DNA of 64,000 bases from a virus: the IMG/VR virus record IMGVR_UViG_3300008116_000173, positions 8,522-72,521 of that record; one strand, written 5' to 3'. The translations under genes were made by a program, and so were the position numbers. The notes under the pieces are model-generated. The model did not search any database. It was not told the origin of the DNA and saw only the letters and a list, made by a program, of their open reading frames with translations. Below are positions 1 through 9,968 of the stretch, in pieces (position 1 is the stretch's first letter; each line of letters begins with the position of its first letter).

Positions 1-1
1 T

Positions 2-3000
2 AATAAATTACCTTTTCTTGAAGAAGCTGCTGCTAAAAATCCTAAATATGCAGCTGATTACATTAATGTTTTAGCTAACATGATGTATTTTGAAACATCT
101 AAACAGATGTTTTATGTAGAACAAATAAGTAAACTAAATGCTCAAATTTTAGATATAGATAACAGTGATAAAAGATTTTTACCACAGAATGAAGCTTTTC
201 GTGAAAAATTTGTTAAACAAATTGAATCATTAGAAAAACTATTATCAGAATCTAAAGAAAATTATAAAATTTTGTTTGATGAAAATGAACAAAGTAAAGC
301 ATATGATGAATATATAAAAGATAGAAAAGAAGAAGAAAATTTAGCACAACAAGCACAAGCTGAAGTTGATGCTGTTAATAATGAATTTGATCCTGTTAAT
401 AATCCTCAAGGTGCAGCTAAAGAACAAGCAGCTGCTGCAAGTAATGTTGCTGAAGATCTTAAAAATGAATTTGGTAATACACAAACTAATCCACCAACAC
501 TTAATGAAATATTAAATCAAAGTCAAGGTGACCGTGCACCTGCACCTACATTAAGTGATGTATTAAATCAAACTGCTCAACAAACTCCTGTTTCTACAGA
601 TGCTAAGAAAGCTGATATAGAAAAAAATTATTTTATAGTTACAATGTCTGGCTCTAGAACTATTGAGCAATTAAAATCAGAAAAAAATCCTGATTTTATA
701 GGAGACTATGAATTTTTAGATTTAGGAGATGGTTTAGTAGCATGGAAAACACCTAAAGATCCAAAATCAACAATTCAACAATATTTAATTGCAGATACTA
801 AATCAAATAGTAAATTAATACATAAAACATCTAAAGATGTAAAAGGTAATTTTGCAAGAATAAATGAACCTAATGTAAAAGCAGATGCTAAGTCTAGTAA
901 TGATAATTATGAATTAAGATTAAATAGATTAAATGAAGCTATTTCAAAAATTAATAATGCAGAACTAGCTGCTTTAGAAGGTAGTAAACCTGCTGAACCA
1001 ATTGCTACTCAAACACCTGTTACATCAACTGTATCTGATGAAGATCAAGATGAAGTATCTAAACAAATAAATAATGTATCAGTTTATTCTCATACTGATG
1101 ATTATGATAATGTTGATAAAATACCTTTAAACTCAATAGAAGGTAAAATAAAACAACTCTGGAATGATTTCAGAATGCTTTTATTTAAAGGTAAAAAAAT
1201 AGGTAAACAATATTTATTTGATCGTAATGAAAATGGTTTGCCTAATTATGAAAATAAATCAGGTATTGATGTTACTGCTTTAAATAATTTAAGAAAAGGT
1301 GATACTGTTAGATTTGAATCACGTCCTTTATCTGTAGATCCAGATGCTATTGCTATATTAGATTTAAATAATAAACTAATAGGTTGGGTTAGGGCTTCAG
1401 CTAAAAAACAATTAGAACAATTAAAAACAAATAATCAGTTAAATACTGAACAAGCTCAAACACTTCAACAATTTGAAGAATGGCGTACAACATTACTTAA
1501 TAAACTTAAATCAGGTGAAGAAGTATATAGTACAGTTCAAGAAAAAGGTACAGGTAACTTATACACTAAAACTATATTATTACCTACAGGTCAACAGATT
1601 GTAGATGCTAATATAGATATATTTAATTCATTTAGAGAAAAAGATACCATACAAAGTAAACCTATATTTGTATATGCAAGTAAAAAAGATGTTACAGGTA
1701 GATCAAAATTAGTATTACCTGAAACAACATTTACACCTGAAGAAAATGCAGCTATTCAAAATAGATTAGAAACATTAAATAAATATGATTTAAAACCAGG
1801 TCGTGTATTTAAATTAATTAAAGATTTAAATGATGAGTGGAGTTTAATGCCATTATATGCTAATAATATTACTGATGATATTTTTAAAGATATAGTTGAA
1901 ATATTAAAAAATACAGATAATGAATCTGATATTCAAATACTTAGTCGTGATTTAAATAAATATATTTATAGTACTACTAATGATAATAAATCAGCACCAT
2001 TATTAATTAAGAAAAATCAAATTAATCAAATTGTTTTTTATTTAGGTACTAAAAGTTTTACATTAGATGATATAAAATCAAAACCTGAAATTTGGAAACA
2101 AGTTAAAGATATACTTAAAAAACAAAAACAAAATATAGAGGTAGCAAACCTTAATCAATCATTTCAACAACAAGAGTATGCTAAAAACAAAACCTTGTTA
2201 ACAAATGTTAATTTATATGAAGGTGAATATTTTATACAACCTTATGTATCTTACGTAACAGATTTTAAAATTAACATAAATCCTAAACCTGTAACTACAA
2301 CACCAGCTGCAGCTAGTGCTCAACCTAGTACTAATCAACAACAAGTTGATAGGGCTGAACGTTTAAAACGTGCAGCAGCTAGGTATAAAAATCCAGATAC
2401 TGAAGGTGCAGCATCAGTTAGACCTGATTATAGTAAATATAATGAAAAGCAATTTAAAGCCTTTTTAAAGAAGAAATTACCTCAGCTTAGTATAGCTAAC
2501 CAAGACCAATTAAATGCTCTTAGAGGGCTTCTAATTGATCCTGTGGGGTATTTTAAAGGTAACCTTATATATTTATTTAAAGGTGCTGGTAATTTAACAG
2601 CTTACCATGAAGCATTTCACGGTGTATTTAGGAATTTATTAACAGTAGCTGAGCGTGAAAATATAATTAATGAAGCTAAAAGTAAGTATAAAGAACCTAC
2701 AAAAGAAGATTTAGATAACTTACAAAAACGTTTAAACAATAATTATACTACTGAACAATTAACTTATTTATATTACGAAGAACAATTAGCTGATGATTTT
2801 GCAATTTATACTAATGATAAAAACAACCGTAGCTTACTTAAAAGAATTACAGATGCTATTAGAGCTATATTTGATAAAATACTGTCCTATTTTGATTTAT
2901 TTGAGAGTGCTAATACCTCAAGTATAAATGATGTATTTGATGCTGTAAATGAAGGTAGATTTAAACAAAGACAATCTATAAGTAATAATGTAGTTAATTT

Positions 3001-6000
3001 ACCTTTGTTTCAAGAAGGTGCTTATTCACCTAAAGCTAAATTAAATATTGGTTTAGCTGATAGAATTAAAGTTGTATCATCATTAGCTGATAACTTTTTA
3101 GCTTTATTGAATCAACGTATAGTTAATGATAAATATGCTGATGTAAGTAAAAAAGATTTATTTAATGGTATATATGATGAATTATACAATCAATTAAATG
3201 AAGCTTTTGATTTAAGCGATTCAGATTTACTTGGTAATGTTATATTAAATTATGCTGATTTAATTAATCAGGATGTTAAAACTAATTTAAAAGAACGTGG
3301 TGTACTTGATAATTTTGATTATGAATTTATTAATAGTGAAGAACGTAATCCTGAATCAAAATCAACATTAACTAATGATGATAAATTAACATTAGCTGTA
3401 TCTGAAACTGAAGAAACTCAAATTAAAGAAGGTAAAGATTCTAAAGGATATAGAGAACAAACTTCTATTTCAGGTTTAACTACTGCATCTGCACGTATTA
3501 AATTATTTTTATCAGCTATACCTGTTTATGAAGAAAATGAAAATGGTGAATTAGTTTATGAAAAAAATGAATTAGGTTTACAAAAATATCATGATTTTAA
3601 ATCATTATATTATTATATAGAAAAGAACTTAATTGATAAATATACTTTTGAAGAACAATTAGCAGTGTTAAAAAATTTAACATCTTCTAATCCTGCTTTA
3701 ATAAGTGTATTAAATAAACTTCAAGTTAATCCGCCCTACATGAGTGCTGAAAGATTTGAAATGTTACAAAATGATTTTAAAACTAATTTTAGTAAACAAC
3801 AACTAGTATACACATTAGTTAAACATTCATATAATCCTGCTAATAATACTATTAGTTTTAAAATAATAGATGCTAATAGAAATAATTTACCTACTAAATT
3901 AAAAGAAAGTTGGAAAAATAGTTATACAGTTAATGTATCTGAAAAAGGTTTATCACAACCAATTAAATTAGAAAACACTCTTAAAAAAGAAATTAAAAAA
4001 CTTGATAATGAAAATGGTGCTTTAGATGTTGATGTTATCAGTTCATTGCTTAAAACTATTCATATTGATTTAAGTAAAAAAACTATAGAAGCTAATGCTG
4101 ATAGTAAAGTATTTGCAAGGGATATAAATGTTGTATTATCATGGTATATTAAAAATAATAATACTAATTATGATGCTGCTACAAGGATAGCTATTGAAAA
4201 TTTAATTAAACTTGAAACAGCTGTAATGATAGAAATGCATTCACAATCATTTATTGATGGTGAAGGTAATAATATCTGGACTATACAATTACCATCTGAA
4301 TTAAGTAAGTTTTTAGCTAAAGTTAAAAATCCTCAAAAACGTGAACGATTTATAAATGATTTCTTTAAAGATGTTTTTTATAAAAATTCTAATTTACTTA
4401 ACGAATTACAACGTAATTCTAAATTTGCTGAAATATTTTCAATATCTTATTTAGATTCATTTAAAGATGAAATAGGTGTTAAAAAAGGTATTGGATTTAC
4501 ATCATTATCACCAAGAGATTATTTAGCTATGAAAATAGCTTTATTTAATAACCTTGAGGTTAATAGTGAAGATCGTTTTACAATGCCTGTAAATAAATAT
4601 TTATATATTGTACCTGCTGATAAGAGTATGCAAGCCATTGTAGACTCTACATCATTTGATGTTTTCTTTGCACCAAACAATATTGAAGTAAGTACCAATA
4701 GTAAAATCATTGAGTCGTTTTATAATATATTTTTACAAGAAGCTAAACGTATAAATAAGTTTAATAAAATAAAAAATAGTTTTTTAACTGAAGGTTCACA
4801 ATCAAAATTTAAACCTACATTGCTTAATGAGTATGGTGTATTTAGTAAAAAAACATATCAAAGTGATTTAGTACAAAATTTATTAAATAAATATAATACT
4901 GAAGGTACATTAACTAATGAAGAATATGCACAATTAGCCAATAAAATGGATGGTCAAGCATTTAAATTTAATTATTTAAATAATGATTATTTTACATTTG
5001 CTAAAAATTTACCACAACAAACTAAAGAGTTAATTAAAAATACATTAGAAAATAGTTTACTTACTGATGATATGCTTGAAAAATCTTTAGCTGCGCAAAA
5101 AAATATAATTAAAAAAGAGTTAGCTTCATTTGTATATAAAACTTATGAAATAACTTTAAAAGAGTGGGAAAGTAAAGGCATAATAACTAAAAATAAAAAT
5201 AATGAATATGTTAATTCATTAGTTCAATTACCTTCTGTAAAAACAACTACTAGTGTAGATCAACGTATTAAAAATTTAGCATTAAAATATAGTGCTAATT
5301 ATTTATTACACAATATTGAACTATCTAATATGTTTAACGGTGATGTATCTCAATATAAACCTAATGATTTACAAAAACGTACTAATCAGTCACAAAGTTT
5401 TATGACTGATGGTAAATTTAATAATCCTGTAATAAGAACTAAAGTAAATAAAGATGTTATACATGATTATTCTTTAGAATCAGATTATACTAACATGGTT
5501 GATGTACTTAAACAATTAGGTGTATCTGATGAACGTATAAATGAAATATTAGATCCATATAAAAAGACTAATGTAACAGATGCTCAAGTAATAATTCATC
5601 CTGAATTTTTTAAACTTATTCATTATTCACAAGGTACTTGGACACCTGAATTAGAAACAGCTTATAACATAGCTGAAGGTATAATACCTGGTGATGCTAA
5701 AAAAAGTGTACAAACATTATTACGTGGTTTTAAACCATTTTATTTTGGTAAACGTTTTGATCCTGTAACTGAAACATGGTATTATGAACAAGTTAAATGT
5801 TCTATGTTTCCATTATTTAAATCTTATACAGATATTAATCCATTATTTGCTTTAAAACGTGAAGAAATGGAAAAAGATAATATAGATATGATAGCTTTTG
5901 AATCATCATTCAAAGGTGCTATAGGTTATAGAAGTGATTTTTTAGATGATAATAAAACTATATTAGAATTAGATGTTAATAATTTTGGTATTCAACAAGC

Positions 6001-9000
6001 TAACCCTGATCATACTACTGAAGGTAATGATTCATTACGTCAGCTTAAAATGATTTTACCAGGTACTATTGACACTAATGTTAGTTATAATGGTAGATCA
6101 GGTGCTGATATATTAGATGAAATATTATCACTTGAAGCTGCTAATTTAAAAACTGATTTAATTAAATTAACTAAATTATTAAATAATCCTTCGTCACAAG
6201 CTGAGTTTAATAGCTTTATTCAAGAAATGATTACTAAGCGTGGTGCTTATGAAGTATTAGTTAATTTTTTAAGTGTTGATGAAAATGGTCAATATATTTA
6301 CCCATTAGATAGTGGTATAACAAGTACTAAAGTACAAGAATTATTATCTAGTGTATTTACTTCTAAAGTATTAAAACAAAAATTTAATCATGGTGGTTCA
6401 TTAGTACAAGCTACTAGTTTAGGTCTTAAGTTTAGTAATTTAAGTGAACAACAAAAAAACCTTACACCTGAATTATTAGCTAAACAACGTAAATTAGAAT
6501 GGTTTAAACCAAACATTCAAACTGGTCAAATAGGTTATGCAGAATGTATTATGCCTGCATCAGCTAAAAAATTCTTTGATGAAAATGGTTTTTTAAAAGA
6601 TATAAATAATATACCTGATGCATTAAAAGAATTTATAGCTTATCGTATACCTACTGAAGGTTTACATTCAACAATGGCTATTAGAGTAATTGAATTTTTA
6701 CCTAAAGAATTAGGTAATTTTATATTATTACCTTATCATGTAACTACACAATTTGGTGCTGACTTTGACTTTGATAAAATTTATTTCTTTGGTAGAGAAT
6801 TTACTACAAGTGTAAATAAGAAAACAGGTAAAGTAACTTACAGAATACCTGAAATGAATTATGATGAAACTGAGTATGCTACTGAACAACGTTATAAAGA
6901 TTATGTATATTCTGTATTACAAGATAAAAATAATGAACTTTATTATGAAGATGTTATTACTGAATATGAAAAATATTATGGTGAACCAATAGCATCATTA
7001 TCTAAAAATGAAAAAATACAAGTTTTAGTAAGTGAAAACATACTAATGACACTAGATAAATTTAGTAAACGACCTATAGAAGAACAAAATACTAAAGCAG
7101 CTAGGAATAATCGTATAGTTGATAATTATCTTAATATTATTACATCTATTGAAAACTTAACTAATATTATTGCACCTTCAAGTTTTAAAGACATTGCTGA
7201 TTTTAAAAATAATTATTTTGGTGAAAATGAAAAAGTTAATTTCTTTGCTGATTTTACACAAAATAATTATAAAAATCGTAACCATACAGGTAGGATATTA
7301 AAAGGTATATGGGCTTTACATTTAACAGGTCATTCATATGCTCGTATATCAGGTTTATCAACTAAACAAAATGTAAATGCTCAAGGTTTTGTAGATTATG
7401 GTAATTCAGTTAATCTTGAAGGTGGTATTACTGAAGGTAATAATCATAGAAATGATTTTTCAAGATTATATAATGATGAAGGTAAATTAATAGCTCGTGA
7501 GTTAGGTAAAGTGATGGCTGCTGTATTAGATGACCTTAAAAATCCATTACTTGAAAGTTTAAATATTAACCAATATACAACACATGCGTTAGCTGCTATT
7601 CTTAGGGCAGGTTATTCTATGGAAACTATGTTATTGTTTTCAAGTCAACCTGCAATAACTAAGTTTTCACAACAGTCTATAGATAATTCAAGTGCTTTAT
7701 CTAAAAAAACTGAACGTTTTGACATTGAAAATTTAAAAGTATCTTATATTAAAATATTAAAAGATATCTATAATAAATATGAATATCAAGATAATCCTGA
7801 TATTAAAAGACTTATGGATACTTTAAATACAAATATACCTATTACAAATGCTGAATTAAAGGATATTTTAACTAATTTTACTAATGACGCTAATGGTAAT
7901 TTAATTAATAAAGTTACTGGTAAAAAACCTAGTGTTGAACAAGCTATGAAATACTATCATGTTCAGGTTAATGTTTTAAAACAAATGGAAAACTTAATTG
8001 CAATAGGTGATCAGTTTAAAAACTTAAATAATTTTTATACTATAAATAAAGAAGTAGGACCTCAAATAGAAGATATTATTGAACAACAAGATTTGTTAGT
8101 TCAAATATCTAAAGATGATATATTACGTGATTATGAAATTGATTCAATGGCTACTTTATATCAAACATGGGATACTCATTTAAATGCTTTAGATTACTTT
8201 TCTAAATACTTTCCTTATAGTAGTGAGCTATACATGGGTATTAAAAGTCAAATAGCTTTAATTCAAAAAAATAAAAGTATTAGCGGTATTAAAACTGATG
8301 ACCGTAAATTAATAAATAACTTTATTAGGACTTATTTAGATTATTCTTTTGAGAAGTTTGTTGATATACCATCTCAATCTGAAGAATTATTAAGATCATT
8401 CCCATCAATGGTTAAACAAATTACTAAAGGTACATCAGGTTTAAAGATAGATGATATATCATATGAAGAATTAAGTAAAAATCCTTTTATAGCTAATATT
8501 GAAGTTAAATTCAATAAAAAAACTGGTTTAAATCAAATTCAATTAAAAAGTGGTCAGTTAATACCTCAAGTAAAAGATAGTATCTCTAATGGGCTTATAT
8601 TGCTTTATAACAATAAAAAAACAAGAGGGTTAGCTGAAAATTTTGTTAAATATGCATTTTTAACTAGTGGTTTTTATACTGGTGTTAATATGTATTCAAA
8701 TCTTATAGATCCAAGTATATTAAAAGCTATGGAGTATACAAATTATAGGATGCAAACAACTAATGATTTAGTTAATGGTACTTTTACATTAGAAGTTGAT
8801 AATAATAGATTAATAGATCAATTAGTTAGAAATTATCCTTATAACTTTACTAATATATTTGATAGTAATTTATTTGATGAATCAACTAAAAATGGTTTAC
8901 CTAATAAATTAACACTTAATGAAGAAGCTTTAAATGAAGCTAATATGAGTGGTTATATGTTTGATACTAAAATTGGTATTTTAACACCACGTTATATAAT

Positions 9001-9952
9001 GGTACGTCAAAAAGATGCTGAATCTACTAAAAAAGAAGGTTTAACATTATATAAATTAGAAAATAATAATGAAGGTTTTAAATATGTTAAAATAAATGAA
9101 TTAGGTAAAAAAGGATTTTTAATAGAAGTAAATCCTTTAGAAGATATTGTTAATAGTGTTGTTAACAGAAATTTAGAAAAAATACCTGATGCTATACTTC
9201 AAGATCCACCTGATGGTGTTGAAAATGATATGATGCCTGAATTAAGTATGTCAAAAGATACTGAATATGATATGGAAGCTAGTATACTTGGTAAATCACA
9301 AGTTGAATTTGATGCTATAGATAAAGCTATTGCTGCTAAATCTATTACTCAACCTATAGTACAACCTACTGAAAGAAAAACTTATTCAGGAAAAGTAACA
9401 AGTTTACAGCCTAATCAAATATTTGTATTTGGAAGTAATCCTCTTGGTATTAATGGAAATCCTTCTAAAGGCACAGGAGGAGCAGCTTTAGTTGCGTATA
9501 ATATTGCAGGTGTTAAACAAGGTGAAAAAATGGATAATAAGTTATCTGATTCAGGAAAAGCTTGGGGAATTACAACAGTAAAAGCTCCAGGACAAAAAAG
9601 AAGTAAAACTCCTGAACAAATAACAGAAGGTATTAAAAAATTATATGAATATGCTAAACAAAATCCAACCAAAGAATTTTTAATTTCTGATTATTCAGGA
9701 ACAAATCTTAATGGTTATACAGGTCAAGAAATGGCAGATATGTTTGTTAATGCAGGATCAATACCTTCTAATATAGTATTTAATAACAACTTTGATAAAT
9801 TAATTACTACTCAACCTACTACTCAACCTACTGCACAAGATAATCAAATATTAAATTCACCACAATTTAAAGAATTTTACAATAAAGAATTAGAAAGTAA
9901 TCCTAATTTAACTGTAGAAGAAGCTTTAGATTATTATAAAAAATGTAAATAA
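2..9952 (+). CDS. Giant virion-packaged RNA polymerase of crAss-like phage (5'-truncated by the window), with zincin-like domain and accessory inserts
   Basis: The frame is open from nt 2, upstream of the ATG at 80. Catalytic-type motif QFGADFDFDKIY (~6749-6784) is preceded by AYRIPTEG, as in crAss-like two-barrel vRNAPs. AYHEAFH...YEEQLADDF zincin motif at ~2600-2800. More than 3290 aa. Confidence 0.9.
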   Translation, partial: NKLPFLEEAAAKNPKYAADYINVLANMMYFETSKQMFYVEQISKLNAQILDIDNSDKRFLPQNEAFREKFVKQIESLEKLLSESKENYKILFDENEQSKAYDEYIKDRKEEENLAQQAQAEVDAVNNEFDPVNNPQGAAKEQAAAASNVAEDLKNEFGNTQTNPPTLNEILNQSQGDRAPAPTLSDVLNQTAQQTPVSTDAKKADIEKNYFIVTMSGSRTIEQLKSEKNPDFIGDYEFLDLGDGLVAWKTPKDPKSTIQQYLIADTKSNSKLIHKTSKDVKGNFARINEPNVKADAKSSNDNYELRLNRLNEAISKINNAELAALEGSKPAEPIATQTPVTSTVSDEDQDEVSKQINNVSVYSHTDDYDNVDKIPLNSIEGKIKQLWNDFRMLLFKGKKIGKQYLFDRNENGLPNYENKSGIDVTALNNLRKGDTVRFESRPLSVDPDAIAILDLNNKLIGWVRASAKKQLEQLKTNNQLNTEQAQTLQQFEEWRTTLLNKLKSGEEVYSTVQEKGTGNLYTKTILLPTGQQIVDANIDIFNSFREKDTIQSKPIFVYASKKDVTGRSKLVLPETTFTPEENAAIQNRLETLNKYDLKPGRVFKLIKDLNDEWSLMPLYANNITDDIFKDIVEILKNTDNESDIQILSRDLNKYIYSTTNDNKSAPLLIKKNQINQIVFYLGTKSFTLDDIKSKPEIWKQVKDILKKQKQNIEVANLNQSFQQQEYAKNKTLLTNVNLYEGEYFIQPYVSYVTDFKININPKPVTTTPAAASAQPSTNQQQVDRAERLKRAAARYKNPDTEGAASVRPDYSKYNEKQFKAFLKKKLPQLSIANQDQLNALRGLLIDPVGYFKGNLIYLFKGAGNLTAYHEAFHGVFRNLLTVAERENIINEAKSKYKEPTKEDLDNLQKRLNNNYTTEQLTYLYYEEQLADDFAIYTNDKNNRSLLKRITDAIRAIFDKILSYFDLFESANTSSINDVFDAVNEGRFKQRQSISNNVVNLPLFQEGAYSPKAKLNIGLADRIKVVSSLADNFLALLNQRIVNDKYADVSKKDLFNGIYDELYNQLNEAFDLSDSDLLGNVILNYADLINQDVKTNLKERGVLDNFDYEFINSEERNPESKSTLTNDDKLTLAVSETEETQIKEGKDSKGYREQTSISGLTTASARIKLFLSAIPVYEENENGELVYEKNELGLQKYHDFKSLYYYIEKNLIDKYTFEEQLAVLKNLTSSNPALISVLNKLQVNPPYMSAERFEMLQNDFKTNFSKQQLVYTLVKHSYNPANNTISFKIIDANRNNLPTKLKESWKNSYTVNVSEKGLSQPIKLENTLKKEIKKLDNENGALDVDVISSLLKTIHIDLSKKTIEANADSKVFARDINVVLSWYIKNNNTNYDAATRIAIENLIKLETAVMIEMHSQSFIDGEGNNIWTIQLPSELSKFLAKVKNPQKRERFINDFFKDVFYKNSNLLNELQRNSKFAEIFSISYLDSFKDEIGVKKGIGFTSLSPRDYLAMKIALFNNLEVNSEDRFTMPVNKYLYIVPADKSMQAIVDSTSFDVFFAPNNIEVSTNSKIIESFYNIFLQEAKRINKFNKIKNSFLTEGSQSKFKPTLLNEYGVFSKKTYQSDLVQNLLNKYNTEGTLTNEEYAQLANKMDGQAFKFNYLNNDYFTFAKNLPQQTKELIKNTLENSLLTDDMLEKSLAAQKNIIKKELASFVYKTYEITLKEWESKGIITKNKNNEYVNSLVQLPSVKTTTSVDQRIKNLALKYSANYLLHNIELSNMFNGDVSQYKPNDLQKRTNQSQSFMTDGKFNNPVIRTKVNKDVIHDYSLESDYTNMVDVLKQLGVSDERINEILDPYKKTNVTDAQVIIHPEFFKLIHYSQGTWTPELETAYNIAEGIIPGDAKKSVQTLLRGFKPFYFGKRFDPVTETWYYEQVKCSMFPLFKSYTDINPLFALKREEMEKDNIDMIAFESSFKGAIGYRSDFLDDNKTILELDVNNFGIQQANPDHTTEGNDSLRQLKMILPGTIDTNVSYNGRSGADILDEILSLEAANLKTDLIKLTKLLNNPSSQAEFNSFIQEMITKRGAYEVLVNFLSVDENGQYIYPLDSGITSTKVQELLSSVFTSKVLKQKFNHGGSLVQATSLGLKFSNLSEQQKNLTPELLAKQRKLEWFKPNIQTGQIGYAECIMPASAKKFFDENGFLKDINNIPDALKEFIAYRIPTEGLHSTMAIRVIEFLPKELGNFILLPYHVTTQFGADFDFDKIYFFGREFTTSVNKKTGKVTYRIPEMNYDETEYATEQRYKDYVYSVLQDKNNELYYEDVITEYEKYYGEPIASLSKNEKIQVLVSENILMTLDKFSKRPIEEQNTKAARNNRIVDNYLNIITSIENLTNIIAPSSFKDIADFKNNYFGENEKVNFFADFTQNNYKNRNHTGRILKGIWALHLTGHSYARISGLSTKQNVNAQGFVDYGNSVNLEGGITEGNNHRNDFSRLYNDEGKLIARELGKVMAAVLDDLKNPLLESLNINQYTTHALAAILRAGYSMETMLLFSSQPAITKFSQQSIDNSSALSKKTERFDIENLKVSYIKILKDIYNKYEYQDNPDIKRLMDTLNTNIPITNAELKDILTNFTNDANGNLINKVTGKKPSVEQAMKYYHVQVNVLKQMENLIAIGDQFKNLNNFYTINKEVGPQIEDIIEQQDLLVQISKDDILRDYEIDSMATLYQTWDTHLNALDYFSKYFPYSSELYMGIKSQIALIQKNKSISGIKTDDRKLINNFIRTYLDYSFEKFVDIPSQSEELLRSFPSMVKQITKGTSGLKIDDISYEELSKNPFIANIEVKFNKKTGLNQIQLKSGQLIPQVKDSISNGLILLYNNKKTRGLAENFVKYAFLTSGFYTGVNMYSNLIDPSILKAMEYTNYRMQTTNDLVNGTFTLEVDNNRLIDQLVRNYPYNFTNIFDSNLFDESTKNGLPNKLTLNEEALNEANMSGYMFDTKIGILTPRYIMVRQKDAESTKKEGLTLYKLENNNEGFKYVKINELGKKGFLIEVNPLEDIVNSVVNRNLEKIPDAILQDPPDGVENDMMPELSMSKDTEYDMEASILGKSQVEFDAIDKAIAAKSITQPIVQPTERKTYSGKVTSLQPNQIFVFGSNPLGINGNPSKGTGGAALVAYNIAGVKQGEKMDNKLSDSGKAWGITTVKAPGQKRSKTPEQITEGIKKLYEYAKQNPTKEFLISDYSGTNLNGYTGQEMADMFVNAGSIPSNIVFNNNFDKLITTQPTTQPTAQDNQILNSPQFKEFYNKELESNPNLTVEEALDYYKKCK

Positions 9953-9968
9953 TAATAACTTATAAATT

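Noticed and set aside
490-577. Duplicated peptide PTL.(E/D).LNQ
   Set aside because: A short linker duplication with no further evidence of function.
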